Source: Paludibacteraceae bacterium (GTDB lineage: Bacteria > Bacteroidota > Bacteroidia > Bacteroidales > Paludibacteraceae). From it: DNA of 64,000 nt. Location: contig JAZNJI010000002.1 of assembly GCA_045577965.1 (NCBI GenBank), positions 4,323 to 68,322 of the forward strand, given 5' to 3'. Shown one piece after another: positions 19,614-30,176 of this stretch. Each line of letters opens with the position of its first letter. The stretch's first letter is position 1. The notes beneath the pieces were generated by a model. The model searched no databases. It was not told where the DNA came from and saw only the letters and a program-made list of their open reading frames with translations. A program made the translations under genes and the position numbers.

Positions 19614-20858
19614 CGAGGCCAACCATATCAATTGCGCCAACACAGCAATGGCGCTACCTATGGAGTAGGCTGCAATGGCTATGGTAAAATCATTCACAAC
19701 AATGCCTATACATAGCCCCGCCGCACGACACACAGCCAATAATATCTCAAAAAACAGCCCTTTCTTCTGCTGCATAAATACATCCGATAAAAAGCACACA
19801 CTACCCGTTAGCAACGAGACGTACAACCATGGCAGCATCCAGCGGATATACTTGCCTACTATTCGCCATTCTTCGCCTAACAACCATGCGGTGATAGTTG
19901 GCAGCACCACTCCTAATCCCACAAAAAGTGGCACGATAACTATAGTAGCATATCCTACAAAACGACCAAACACATCACCTATCTTTGTCGCAGCATGCAC
20001 ACGCGAAGTTGTATGCTGATACAATACTTGATAGAATGCACGCGTGATGGTGCCTATCGGAGTATATCCCAGCAATAACGCCATACTCAACAAACCTACA
20101 TACTCCGCCCCAAAAAATGGAGTCAGCAACAAAACAGGCAACTGAGTTGCTAGAACATTGATAAAACTACGAGGTAGCACATACAACGGGAAATTGCGAT
20201 ATTGCTTAGCAGTCGCAATTACATGGGAATAGTCAAACCGATCAAAACACCTAAATTTAGCCGACTTCACACCACGCCACAGTGATATCATCAATGATAT
20301 AAACGGCGCTATCACCATGGAATAGATCATTCCTCCATGTAATATACCTGCATACCCAAATCCAATCTTACTGCCTGCAGAGAGCACACTCTGAGAAATC
20401 TGATAGCCACTAATTCCGCCAAACGCCTTTTGACGAATATACCAATAATTCAATATATTCCAAGCACCCATCACAAACACATACAATGGCATCATCCAAT
20501 AATATTTAGCCAAATCAGGCGACTTAAATAATATGCTTATTGGCTGCGAGAATATGATTGTAATGGCAGTCAAAAGAGTGGTTATTATCAATAGTGACAA
20601 CGACACATACGTCAGCGACGTCGCATCCTTTTCCTCCTTAGGCAAAACGATTGCATAGTAGTAATCAGCAATTGATAATACAATGAGCACATTACCAATG
20701 CTCAAAAACAAATTCTGCAGACCAAAATCTTCGGGCGCGTAGATGCGCGTTAGTATAGGATATACCACCAACCCGATGACCTGAGCCACCACATTGGCTG
20801 AGAGCAATTTGGCAAAATTGCGAGCCCCAGATGATTTTATTATACTACGGACATCCAT
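19572..20858 (-). CDS. polysaccharide flippase (Wzx/MOP family)
   Basis: About 428 aa with about 12 hydrophobic segments. It is convergent with the GT4 gene. The start was chosen at MDVRSIIKSS, 29 nt after a TACTTTTG box. Confidence 0.7.
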   Translation of the reverse strand: MDVRSIIKSSGARNFAKLLSANVVAQVIGLVVYPILTRIYAPEDFGLQNLFLSIGNVLIVLSIADYYYAIVLPKEEKDATSLTYVSLSLLIITTLLTAITIIFSQPISILFKSPDLAKYYWMMPLYVFVMGAWNILNYWYIRQKAFGGISGYQISQSVLSAGSKIGFGYAGILHGGMIYSMVIAPFISLMISLWRGVKSAKFRCFDRFDYSHVIATAKQYRNFPLYVLPRSFINVLATQLPVLLLTPFFGAEYVGLLSMALLLGYTPIGTITRAFYQVLYQHTTSRVHAATKIGDVFGRFVGYATIVIVPLFVGLGVVLPTITAWLLGEEWRIVGKYIRWMLPWLYVSLLTGSVCFLSDVFMQQKKGLFFEILLAVCRAAGLCIGIVVNDFTIAIAAYSIGSAIAVLAQLIWLASLVRRYDQSLVRVG

Positions 20859-20886
20859 TTCGTGTGCAAAAGTACTACTTTTATCC

Positions 20887-20894
20887 CAAAAGTA
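20887..20894 (-). promoter_or_regulatory. -7 box TACTTTTG for the flippase gene
   Basis: 29 nt before ATG 20858. Confidence 0.6.
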
Positions 20895-20957
20895 CAACTA
20901 TTTTCTAAAAAAATCGTAAAAAACATGGAATATATTTGCTCATTTCAAAAAAAAGCA

Positions 20958-20965
20958 GTAAATTT
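20958..20965 (+). promoter_or_regulatory. -7 box TAAATTTG for tonB
   Basis: Preceded by atttgctcatttcaaaaaaaa. Confidence 0.7.
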
Positions 20966-21028
20966 GCACGCTGAAAGAGAAGGTATATCTCAATTGTAAA
21001 ATTGACTGAATTTTAAATTTAATAGTAT

Positions 21029-21709
21029 ATGCAACTGAAAAAATCTCCTAAAGCGAGCTTGGAAGACAAAAAGTTTACCTATGTCCTCATGGGGCTCGTG
21101 CTCGTATTGAGCATTTGCTACGTCGCTTTCGAATGGACTGAGAAAGAAGTGACCAAGTACGAAGTTTCGGACACAGATTTCTTCTTTGAAGAGGAAATTG
21201 ACATCCAGCAAACCACTCAAGAAACTCCTCCACCACCTCCACCACCAGCAGTACAAGAAGTTGAAGTGCTCAACGTGGTAGAAGATGACGTAGAAGTAGA
21301 GGAAATCGAGATCAACACCGAGGATGACAAGGATGTTGAGGTAGTGATTGCTCCTCCAGTAGAAGCTCCTGTAGAGGAAGAGGAGGAAGAGGTTATCTTT
21401 ATGGTTGTAGAGACTATGCCTGAATTCCCAGGTGGTCAACAGGCGCTCTTCAAGTACCTCGGCGATAACGTTAAGTACCCAGTTATCGCACAAGAGAATG
21501 GTATCCAAGGTCGTGTTATCTGCCAATTTGTGGTAAATAAAGATGGTAGTATCGTAGACGTGGTAGTTGTTCGTTCTTCTGGCGAACCATCTTTGGACAA
21601 AGAGGCGCTCCGCGTGATCAACTCAATGCCTAAATGGAAACCAGGTAAACAACGTGGTAAACCAGTACGCGTGAAGTACACCGTACCTGTAAACTTCCGT
21701 TTGCAATAA
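21029..21709 (+). CDS. tonB: energy transducer TonB
   Basis: N-terminal TM segment, a PPPPPPP/acidic linker, and the C-terminal TonB domain YPVIAQENGIQGRVICQFVVNKDGSI...VNFRL. Confidence 0.85.
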   Translation: MQLKKSPKASLEDKKFTYVLMGLVLVLSICYVAFEWTEKEVTKYEVSDTDFFFEEEIDIQQTTQETPPPPPPPAVQEVEVLNVVEDDVEVEEIEINTEDDKDVEVVIAPPVEAPVEEEEEEVIFMVVETMPEFPGGQQALFKYLGDNVKYPVIAQENGIQGRVICQFVVNKDGSIVDVVVVRSSGEPSLDKEALRVINSMPKWKPGKQRGKPVRVKYTVPVNFRLQ

Positions 21710-21713
21710 TATT

Positions 21714-21756
21714 CTCGCCTTTAGCCTAATCGCCTATAGCCTTTAGCCTAATTGCG
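21714..21756. repeat. word array
   Basis: ctcgcctttagcctaatcgcctatagcctttagcctaattgcg, between tonB and recG. Confidence 0.7.
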
Positions 21757-21763
21757 ATACGAA

Positions 21764-23863
21764 ATGGATTTATCCATTCAAAACATAGAATTTTGTAAGG
21801 GTGTCGGCGCAAAACGTGCCGACATTCTTCGTAAAGAGCTCGGGGTAAAGTCCGCGCTCGATATGCTATACCAGTTTCCGTACAAGTATATCGACCGCAG
21901 CCGATTCTATTTCATACATGAGATAGATGACGAAGACACCTACGTACAAATCATTGGCCATATCACGGAATGGCATACTATTGGCACGGGAGCTGCCGCA
22001 CGATTATCTGCCACTTTTACCGATGGACGTCATACCATTGAATTAGTATGGTTCAAAGGAATCAAATACCTCAAATTAGAGCGCAACATACAATACCTGC
22101 TATTTGGCAAACCCTCGCGCTTCAATCATCAGTATAATTTCGTCCATCCCGAACTAACCCCCATGTCGAAGGTCAAGCCCGAGATGACACAAGGGCTTGA
22201 ACCATACTACAATACCACGGAAGGTATGAAACGAGCAGGGCTAAACTCCAAGGCCATACGCAATATCACTTCCGAACTCATGCCACTGCTACGTCAAAAT
22301 GGTGTACGAGAGACTTTGGGCATTGACCTCATTGAGCAGCAACATCTAATGCCACTCAGCGAGGCACTAGCAAACATTCATTTCCCTAAGGATCATATTG
22401 CTATACAAAAAGCACGCGAACGACTCAAGTTTGAAGAGCTATTCTATATCCAATTGCAGATCCTTCGTCAGATGAAGCGCCGCGAGCAAAACGAAGGCTT
22501 CCGCATGCCGATTGTCGGCAAAGCATTTCACGCACAATATAACGATCTCCCCTTCCCACTCACCAATGCACAAAAACGTGTACTGCGCGAGATACAAACC
22601 GACCTGAAATCTGGTAGACAGATGAATCGCTTGCTGCAAGGTGATGTAGGTAGTGGAAAAACAATTGTGGCGCTGCTCACAACTTTACTAGCAGTGGATA
22701 ATGGGTATCAAGCCTGTATCATGGCACCTACCGAGATCCTCGCCAACCAGCATTACGAGACTATCACTCAGCTTTTGGGACTATCTGCCAAAGGGACCTC
22801 CGTCAATTGTAAGTTATTAACAGGTTCTACCACCACCAAACAACGCCAGCCACTGCACGAGCAACTCCGTAACGGCGAAATCAATATTCTTATCGGCACA
22901 CACGCGCTCATTGAGAAGGATGTCCAATTTGCCAACCTCGGACTATGTATCATCGACGAACAACATCGTTTTGGCGTGGCACAACGTGCTAAATTGTGGG
23001 AAAAGAACATCCGCCCCCCTCATGTCCTCGTGATGACTGCAACCCCTATCCCACGTACTTTGGCTATGACTGTGTATGGTGATCTGCATGTGAGTATCAT
23101 CGACGAACTTCCACCTGGTCGCAAACCAGTGCAAACTCTTCATTACAATATTGAGAGACGCACAACTATCAATCAATTTATCACCCAGCAAATTGACCTT
23201 GGGCGACAAGTATATGTGGTGTATCCACTTATACAAGAAAACGAGAAGCTGGACCTACAAGACCTCCAAAACGGCTACAACACCTTATGCCAAACGTTCC
23301 CGCAGTACCGCATCTCCATGGTACACGGACAGATGCGTGCCAAAGACAAAGACGAGCAGATGCAGCGTTTTGCTAGTGGTCAAACACAAATACTCGTAGC
23401 AACTACGGTCATTGAGGTAGGTGTAAACGTGCCCAACGCCAGTGTGATGATCATTGAGAACGCCGAGCGCTTTGGTCTGAGCCAATTACACCAGTTGCGC
23501 GGACGGGTGGGTCGTGGTGCGGATCAAAGTTATTGCCTACTCCTTACAAAACTAGAGATTAGCAAAGACACACGCAAACGCATGGATATCATGGTGGCCA
23601 CCAACGATGGCTTTCGCATTGCCGAAGCCGACCTACAACTGCGCGGACCTGGTGATCTAGAGGGTACACAACAATCCGGGTTGCCATTCGATTTGCGAAT
23701 AGCGTCTCTCACTCAAGATGGGCAAATTCTTGATCTTGCACGCCAAGTAGCACTATCTATCCTAGATGCCGACCCTCTGCTCGAAAATACACACAATCGT
23801 ATATACAAGCAACGGCTTGACTTTCTTCGTCAAACCGTCGTCAATTGGGGAGAAATATCTTAG
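21764..23863 (+). CDS. recG: ATP-dependent DNA helicase RecG
   Basis: GDVGSGKT, DEQHRFG, the TATPIPRT motif and QLRGRVGRG are present. Confidence 0.92.
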   Translation: MDLSIQNIEFCKGVGAKRADILRKELGVKSALDMLYQFPYKYIDRSRFYFIHEIDDEDTYVQIIGHITEWHTIGTGAAARLSATFTDGRHTIELVWFKGIKYLKLERNIQYLLFGKPSRFNHQYNFVHPELTPMSKVKPEMTQGLEPYYNTTEGMKRAGLNSKAIRNITSELMPLLRQNGVRETLGIDLIEQQHLMPLSEALANIHFPKDHIAIQKARERLKFEELFYIQLQILRQMKRREQNEGFRMPIVGKAFHAQYNDLPFPLTNAQKRVLREIQTDLKSGRQMNRLLQGDVGSGKTIVALLTTLLAVDNGYQACIMAPTEILANQHYETITQLLGLSAKGTSVNCKLLTGSTTTKQRQPLHEQLRNGEINILIGTHALIEKDVQFANLGLCIIDEQHRFGVAQRAKLWEKNIRPPHVLVMTATPIPRTLAMTVYGDLHVSIIDELPPGRKPVQTLHYNIERRTTINQFITQQIDLGRQVYVVYPLIQENEKLDLQDLQNGYNTLCQTFPQYRISMVHGQMRAKDKDEQMQRFASGQTQILVATTVIEVGVNVPNASVMIIENAERFGLSQLHQLRGRVGRGADQSYCLLLTKLEISKDTRKRMDIMVATNDGFRIAEADLQLRGPGDLEGTQQSGLPFDLRIASLTQDGQILDLARQVALSILDADPLLENTHNRIYKQRLDFLRQTVVNWGEIS

Positions 23864-23897
23864 CCTTTGAATCGGGAGTCGGGAATCACGACACCAA

Positions 23898-26801
23898 TCA
23901 TCTTGGAGGTCCCATTGGCGGACGACCACCGCTCTCAATCATCTGTTGTTGCCATGCAGCAGCACCTTTGGCCCTTAAATCACCCATACGATTAAGCTTG
24001 TAGGTGTAGGTTAACATACAATAGGTGGGTAAGGTGTTGAATTTTTGGTAACTCACACTTGTCTCATTCACCATCTGTACAATATTTTTCTTGTCATTCA
24101 ACAGGTCATACACCTTTAATGTCAAAGTAGAATTTTTCCAGGTTTTATCTACCGAGAAGTTCCAAATCAACTCATTCACATCATTCAATCCCTCATAGCC
24201 AGAACGCGAAGTATAACTTAGGTCCGTAGCTATATTCCATGACCCAGGCAAGTGGAAAGTGATATCCCCAGAAATAATCCAATCGCCGACATGGCTAATA
24301 TTCTTCTTATTTAGCGAGTTATGCGTCAAGGAATAGATATTGGTATTCTTCACACCCACATCCACCAACTTGTGTGTAAAACGCAAGGCCAAATCACTAC
24401 TCATACGGAAGGTACCCGTTTTAGATGCATCACCCAATGGCAATTGATTAACTGCTATCATCTGCGCTATAGCATCTGCATCTTGCTCACGCAATACGTA
24501 CGCCACTCGTTGATTGTAGCTCACTGCGGTGCGAGAGTGGAATTGGAACATCTTCTTATAAAATGGGGTATTCGACATCAAGTCTGCACCAATATCCCAT
24601 GGCAGCATGTCAGCATTCACTGTTTGCATATATCGTTTGCCTGTTTGATCATAGATCGTATTATTTACCAATGCATCCTGGGTAATACTAGCGCGCAAAC
24701 CTGTCATCAAACTCGAGAATTTCTCTTGATTAAATCGCGAGTACATCGCAAATATATTGTGATTAAACGCTGGGTTTAAGGCTAGATTTCCCACAGTCTC
24801 ATTCATCGCATCGGAATTATTACGTACAGGTTCTAGTTGTTGAATAGATGGTTGGTTCACATTACCGCGATACACTATACGTGCAAATTCTTTTCTACCA
24901 AACTTATATCGGAAACGCAGATTCGGAGACCAATTCCATCTATTATATAAGGTATCGCGCGCGAGCAAACCGCCATAATACGTTTTCGAATGGTTTTGTA
25001 TTGCCAACACACGTGCACCTGCTGTCAAATCAATTTTCTCAGTTACCCAACGATAATTTAGCTCCAACTGCTCGGTATACATATTATTGCTCAATTCATT
25101 AGAGAACACACTATCATATTGATAGTCATCTGTTAATGAATTCATCGAATATTGATCCTTCACTGAATTACGGTTGCTACCCGAAAGCAAAAGTGCCGTT
25201 TCCAAGAAATGATTCTTGCCATAAATTGGTTCTACATATGAAGTACGCAACGAATAATTCAATGCATTATTCCCAGATAATGTATATTGATCCACCAACG
25301 CTCTATTCGTCATTCTATCCCACGCATATGTATCGGTTTCTCCTTTCGTATTCTTGAAACTAACATTTCCTTGCATCGTCAGTGCACGACCTGCTTTGGC
25401 AAATTTATGGTTATATATAGCTCGTATCGAAGCATTTATCTCCTCTTGTAAACTATTCTTATTTTGATAACCATCATTGATTCGCACCGAATCACGATCA
25501 TAAGTATAGTCATTCATTTGAGCAGAGTTTGTGTGCGTATAACCAATTTGCGGACGAAGAATAATCTTGTTCATCGAGTCTATCTGATATTCCATCTCCA
25601 AACGCATTTGTGCATCCCAGGATTGAGTCAGTTTATTGGTAGAGTCCTTGTCTATATAGGTAGCCTCTTCGCTATAACTATCTCTTTGTGAGATGGTTCT
25701 GGTGTCATTATTAGAATGATTTATCGTAGCATCGCCTCCTAGCAGCAAACTCGTCTTTTCATCTTTTTTATCCAATTTACTTGTGAAATCGAGGTTGGTA
25801 TTCACACCCAGATTTTCCGAAGCAGTTACACCCGCATTCTGTCCGCCAAACCAGCCACGTCCTCGTCCCGAACGTATCTCGTTTGTATTATTTGCACCAC
25901 CTACAATAGTGGTTTGACTCTCTCCTAATAGTATATTGGTAAACACATTCGCATTATAGCGAAAATCATTCTCAAAGAAATGTTTAGCTTGATCGGCCGA
26001 TGTTGCGCCATAAGCAGGATTAGCATAGTCAAACCATCCACCATTATCAGTCACCATATCCGTACCCAAAGCACCTGAGTAGTTTCCAAACACACCTTTC
26101 TTGCGGTTTTTCTTGAGGCTCAGGTTGATGATACGCTCGCTATCGTCATCTTCAAAGCCAGTGAGCTTCGCCATATCGCTCTTCTCATCAATCACCTGAA
26201 TCTTCTCCACCATCTCCGCAGGGATATTCTTGGTCGCTGTTTGTACGTCATTACCAAAGAATTTCTTGCCATCTATGCGTACAGCCTTGATCTCTTCTCC
26301 GTTGATTGTGACCTTACCCTCTTTGTCCACCTCCACACCATTCATCTTTTTGAGAAGTTCCTCTACTGTAGCTGTCTCAGACACTTGATAAGCAGCAGTA
26401 TTATACTCTATTGTATCTCCCTTCACAGTCATCTCGGCAGCCTTTCCCTGCACACTCACTTCTGCAAGATGTTGTACTTGCTCAGACAGTCGAATAGATG
26501 GCAAATCCATATCGGCATTATTCATCTCTACCCATTGAGCATGCTCATTGTATCCAACCGACGATACTATCAAGCGGTATTTTCCCCCTTTGATATTGTT
26601 CAAAATAAATAAACCATCGTGATAGGTCTGCGCACCTTGCACCAAAGTAGAATCACCATCTTGATACGCGAACAAACGCACGGTGGCCATCTCTATAGGA
26701 CGACCATCTGTCTTCGAAAGTATTGTTCCAGATAATGTTTTTTGTGCCATTGCCACCATAGCAAATACACACAATATCAATATAAGACTAAACCGTTTCA
26801 T
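23898..26801 (-). CDS. outer-membrane beta-barrel protein with N-terminal carboxypeptidase-regulatory-like domain (TonB-dependent-receptor-like)
   Basis: 967 aa. A signal peptide is followed by a GTILSKTDGRPIEMATVRL CarbopepD_reg-like domain, a plug-like region and a long beta-strand-rich C terminus. Confidence 0.75.
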   Translation of the reverse strand: MKRFSLILILCVFAMVAMAQKTLSGTILSKTDGRPIEMATVRLFAYQDGDSTLVQGAQTYHDGLFILNNIKGGKYRLIVSSVGYNEHAQWVEMNNADMDLPSIRLSEQVQHLAEVSVQGKAAEMTVKGDTIEYNTAAYQVSETATVEELLKKMNGVEVDKEGKVTINGEEIKAVRIDGKKFFGNDVQTATKNIPAEMVEKIQVIDEKSDMAKLTGFEDDDSERIINLSLKKNRKKGVFGNYSGALGTDMVTDNGGWFDYANPAYGATSADQAKHFFENDFRYNANVFTNILLGESQTTIVGGANNTNEIRSGRGRGWFGGQNAGVTASENLGVNTNLDFTSKLDKKDEKTSLLLGGDATINHSNNDTRTISQRDSYSEEATYIDKDSTNKLTQSWDAQMRLEMEYQIDSMNKIILRPQIGYTHTNSAQMNDYTYDRDSVRINDGYQNKNSLQEEINASIRAIYNHKFAKAGRALTMQGNVSFKNTKGETDTYAWDRMTNRALVDQYTLSGNNALNYSLRTSYVEPIYGKNHFLETALLLSGSNRNSVKDQYSMNSLTDDYQYDSVFSNELSNNMYTEQLELNYRWVTEKIDLTAGARVLAIQNHSKTYYGGLLARDTLYNRWNWSPNLRFRYKFGRKEFARIVYRGNVNQPSIQQLEPVRNNSDAMNETVGNLALNPAFNHNIFAMYSRFNQEKFSSLMTGLRASITQDALVNNTIYDQTGKRYMQTVNADMLPWDIGADLMSNTPFYKKMFQFHSRTAVSYNQRVAYVLREQDADAIAQMIAVNQLPLGDASKTGTFRMSSDLALRFTHKLVDVGVKNTNIYSLTHNSLNKKNISHVGDWIISGDITFHLPGSWNIATDLSYTSRSGYEGLNDVNELIWNFSVDKTWKNSTLTLKVYDLLNDKKNIVQMVNETSVSYQKFNTLPTYCMLTYTYKLNRMGDLRAKGAAAWQQQMIESGGRPPMGPPR

Positions 26802-26845
26802 GCATATAAATTATAAACAACGTTTATACTACAAAAATTATGCCA

Positions 26846-26853
26846 CAAAAATA
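26846..26853 (-). promoter_or_regulatory. -7 box TATTTTTG for the OM barrel gene
   Basis: 45 nt before the ATG. Confidence 0.55.
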
Positions 26854-26901
26854 GTATCGCATATTTTTTGCATATTTATTGCATATATGCCTTTTTTTTT
26901 G

Positions 26902-26909
26902 TACCTTTG
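26902..26909 (+). promoter_or_regulatory. -7 box TACCTTTG for the DUF1599-DoxX-tpiA unit
   Basis: Preceded by ttgcatatatgccttttttttt. Confidence 0.7.
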
Positions 26910-26965
26910 CAGGCTAATTCTTTTTTAGCAAAAAATGCATATAAGATTTATACTATCACACAATA

Positions 26966-27511
26966 ATGAATACACCAGAGCAATTTGATATTGTGGCAGG
27001 TAAATGCCGCCGCATATATGGCCTCAAGATGAAGGACTACGGACCTAGTTGGCGCATTATGCGTCCACAAACGGTCAACGATCAACTATTTATCAAAGCC
27101 AAACGTGTTCGCGAGATTGAGCTAACAGGCGTCAACATGGTAGGCGAAAGCATCGAAGGAGAAATGATGGCTATCGTCAATTATAGCATCATCGGACTCA
27201 TCCAATTGCACGAGGGATTTGCCGATTCTGTAGATATGACCGCTGAGCGAGCTATTGAGCTATACGATCACTATATGGCAGAGGCTAAGGCGCTGATGCT
27301 CAAGAAGAATCACGACTACGGAGAAGCATGGCGTGATATGTTTGCATCCAGCCTAACGGATATCATCCTCACCAAGATTAATCGCAATAAGTCCATTACT
27401 GCCAACGATAATCAGACGCTGATTTCCGAAGGGGCAGATGGCAATTATTTCGACATGCTCAACTATGCAGTATTTTACCTCATAAAAGTAATGGAAAATG
27501 AAACGCGCTAA
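26966..27511 (+). CDS. DUF1599-like protein
   Basis: 181 aa. The call rests on the recalled Bacteroidales arrangement DUF1599 - DoxX-like membrane protein - tpiA. Confidence 0.55.
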   Translation: MNTPEQFDIVAGKCRRIYGLKMKDYGPSWRIMRPQTVNDQLFIKAKRVREIELTGVNMVGESIEGEMMAIVNYSIIGLIQLHEGFADSVDMTAERAIELYDHYMAEAKALMLKKNHDYGEAWRDMFASSLTDIILTKINRNKSITANDNQTLISEGADGNYFDMLNYAVFYLIKVMENETR

Positions 27512-28646
27512 AACTATCATGGCCGCTTTCAGTCGTACGCTGTTGGGCCTAGTATTTATCTTCTCAGGAGCGGTTAAGGCGATTGATCCTCTGGGAACGG
27601 TTTATAAAATTGAGGACTACCTCAAAGCTTTCGGTGGATTCTTCACCGACTTATTACCTGCAGCGGAAGCAGCAGCATGGATCTTAATCATACTGGAACT
27701 GATGCTTGGAGTATGCATGGTATTAAATGTTCGTACAAAATGGACATCATGGATTGCACTACTATTCTACTGCGTAATGACTCCGCTAACGCTATATATC
27801 GCTCTCACCAACCCGGTGAGTGATTGCGGATGCTTTGGTGATGCGATTGTATTAACCAATTGGCAAACATTCTGGAAGAATGTCGTACTAATTATTTTGG
27901 CTATCCTATTAGTAATCTTGCGCAAAAGCACACGTCCACTCTGGCGTGGATGGATGGAACTAGTGATTGCCGCTACTACTATCGCTGCTGCTATCTCCTT
28001 CATGACATGGACAAAACAACATTTGCCAATCGCGGATTTTCGCCCATATAAAGTTGGTAATCACCTGCCTACCATTATGGAGGATTACGAACCAGATCAA
28101 TACGAATATACGTATATTTGTGCGAAAGATAGTATCGAACAGGCATTTACTGCTGAAAATTATCCGGATAGCACATGGACCCTCGTTCGCTACGAGTCCA
28201 AACTGATCAAGAAGGGGTACGATTCGCCTATTCACGATCTAGAGATCATCAACACATACGGGGATGATCTTACATGGGATATCCTAGAGAGCGAAGAGCC
28301 TGTGACGCTGGTCATCATGTACGACCTAACTAAAACAGATAAATCACAAATGGCGAAGGTAGAGGCATTGTATAGCAGCCTAGCACAATCCTATACCACC
28401 CCTGTAGATACTATACAATCCGACACAACACTATACGATACTACACCAGATTATACCACACCTTTCTATATCATCACAGGTTCTAGCGACGAGGTAAGCA
28501 CATTTGCCCAGGAATACCCTACATTGGGCGAATGCATTTGTACGTGCGACCCTGTCACTTTGAAGACTATTGTACGCGCAAACCCAGGTGTGATTGTCCT
28601 ACAAAATGGTACCGTCATTGACAAATATAATATCAGGAATAGATAA
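27498..28646 (+). CDS. DoxX-domain membrane protein with C-terminal extracytoplasmic domain (BT_3928-like)
   Basis: Four N-terminal TM helices are present. 14-nt overlap with the upstream gene. It carries an in-frame word array at 28386-28462. Confidence 0.6.
   Translation: MKRAKTIMAAFSRTLLGLVFIFSGAVKAIDPLGTVYKIEDYLKAFGGFFTDLLPAAEAAAWILIILELMLGVCMVLNVRTKWTSWIALLFYCVMTPLTLYIALTNPVSDCGCFGDAIVLTNWQTFWKNVVLIILAILLVILRKSTRPLWRGWMELVIAATTIAAAISFMTWTKQHLPIADFRPYKVGNHLPTIMEDYEPDQYEYTYICAKDSIEQAFTAENYPDSTWTLVRYESKLIKKGYDSPIHDLEIINTYGDDLTWDILESEEPVTLVIMYDLTKTDKSQMAKVEALYSSLAQSYTTPVDTIQSDTTLYDTTPDYTTPFYIITGSSDEVSTFAQEYPTLGECICTCDPVTLKTIVRANPGVIVLQNGTVIDKYNIRNR
28386..28462 (+). repeat. in-frame G-poor word array inside the DoxX-like gene
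   Basis: caatcctataccacccctgtagatactatacaatccgacacaacactatacgatactacaccagattataccacacc encodes QSYTTPVDTIQSDTTLYDTTPDYTTP. Confidence 0.7.
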
Positions 28647-28700
28647 TTCATTCCATTAAAACTTTTAGAACATTTAAAACTTTTAAAACGATAATAGATT

Positions 28701-29450
28701 ATGAGAACAAAAATGGTTGCAGGCAACTGGAAAATGAACATGACCCTGCAAGAAGGTGTAGCTCTTGCTACCGAGTTGAAAAATCAAGTTGTAAACCCAT
28801 CATGCGCTGTAGTTATCGGCACTCCATTCATCCACTTGGCTACCGTGGCTGAGTTGTTGAAAGACAGCCCAATCGCTGTAGCAGCTGAGAACTGCGCCGA
28901 CAAGGAAAAAGGTGCATACACTGGTGAGGTAAGCGCTGCTATGGTAGCCTCTACTGGTGCTGAGTATTGCATCCTCGGTCACTCTGAGCGTCGTGCATAC
29001 TATGGTGAGACATACGAGATCTTGAAGGACAAAGTAGAGCTCGCACTCGCTAACAACCTCAAACCAATTTTCTGCATCGGTGAGGTAAAAGAGGAGCGCG
29101 AAGCTGGCCAACAAAACGAGGTTGTTAAGGCTCAACTCGAGGGTTCTGTATTCCACCTCAGCGCTGAGGACTTTGGCAAGATCGTATTGGCATATGAGCC
29201 AGTATGGGCTATTGGTACTGGTCTTACCGCTACTCCTGAGCAAGCACAAGAGATCCACGCATACATCCGCAGCCTCGTAGCTGAGAAATATGGTGAGCAA
29301 GTAGCTGACGATTGCACCATCCTTTACGGTGGTAGCTGCAACGCTAAGAACGCTGCTGAGCTCTTCGCTAACCCAGACGTAGATGGTGGTCTTATCGGTG
29401 GCGCATCATTGAAGGCTGCTGACTTCTGCGCTATCATCGCTGCACGATAA
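28701..29450 (+). CDS. tpiA: triosephosphate isomerase
   Basis: [16 protein letters not shown] and [11 protein letters not shown] are present. Confidence 0.95.
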   Translation: MRTKMVAGNWKMNMTLQEGVALATELKNQVVNPSCAVVIGTPFIHLATVAELLKDSPIAVAAENCADKEKGAYTGEVSAAMVASTGAEYCILGHSERRAYYGETYEILKDKVELALANNLKPIFCIGEVKEEREAGQQNEVVKAQLEGSVFHLSAEDFGKIVLAYEPVWAIGTGLTATPEQAQEIHAYIRSLVAEKYGEQVADDCTILYGGSCNAKNAAELFANPDVDGGLIGGASLKAADFCAIIAAR

Positions 29451-29640
29451 GCAAACGAAGTTTGCGTAAATGGTCGCTCATGAGCGATGAATGATGGCTA
29501 AGGCGACAGTGGCAGCAGGGCTGCGAAAATGGCTCAAGCGTGATAACGTGAAACCACTTTCGCGAGCGTAGCGAGCCATAAACGCAAAGCCACTTTCGTG
29601 AGCGCAGCGAACCATGAACGTGAGCAAAGCGAACAAAGAT
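29451..29640. repeat. word-array / hairpin repeat downstream of tpiA
   Basis: The palindrome tcgctcatgagcga is followed by repeated (aaatgg/cacttt/catgaa)+cgtgagcg.agcga units. A 33-nt block is about 90 percent identical to 49355-49387. Confidence 0.85.
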
Positions 29641-29641
29641 T

Positions 29642-30166
29642 ATGGCACTTATTGTTCCTGTACGCGGATTTACCCCGCAAATAGGCAAGGATTGCTTTCT
29701 GGCTGAGAATGCAACTATCGTTGGTGACACCGTCATCGGCGATGGTTGCTCCATTTGGTTCAACGCCGTTTTGCGCGGTGATGTCAATTGGATCAAGATT
29801 GGCAACCACGTGAATATCCAAGACGGCTCCGTCTTGCACACCCTCTACGAGAAAAGCACCATCACTATTGGTGACTATGTGTCGGTAGGACACAACGTCA
29901 CTATCCACGGCGCAGATGTACATGACTACGCACTCATCGGTATGGGCTCAACCCTGCTTGACGGCGTGGTAGTTGGCGAAGGTGCGATCGTAGCAGCAGG
30001 TTCGTTGGTACTGAAAAACACACAAATTGGCCCATACGAAGTATGGGGCGGTGTGCCAGCCAAATTCATCAAGAAGGCGGATCCTGAACAAACCAACGAG
30101 ATCAATCGCAAGATAGCGCACAACTATGCGATGTACGCTTCTTGGTACAAAAACGACGAGGAATAA
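29642..30166 (+). CDS. gamma-carbonic-anhydrase / hexapeptide-repeat family protein
   Basis: Left-handed beta-helix repeats and the N terminus P.IGKDCFLAENATIVGDV.IG..CSIWFNAVLRGD are present. Confidence 0.85.
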   Translation: MALIVPVRGFTPQIGKDCFLAENATIVGDTVIGDGCSIWFNAVLRGDVNWIKIGNHVNIQDGSVLHTLYEKSTITIGDYVSVGHNVTIHGADVHDYALIGMGSTLLDGVVVGEGAIVAAGSLVLKNTQIGPYEVWGGVPAKFIKKADPEQTNEINRKIAHNYAMYASWYKNDEE

Positions 30167-30176
30167 ATACATTGGT

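Noticed and set aside
20990-21526. 178-aa minus-strand ORF
   Set aside because: This is an antisense shadow of tonB; the Pro/Glu-rich linker gives a W/F-rich nonsense protein.
29434-29923. ORFs 29434-29841 and 29534-29923 (minus strand), and likewise 49138-49467
   Set aside because: They are generated by reading through the tpiA-downstream and recA-downstream repeat arrays and the antisense strand of real genes.
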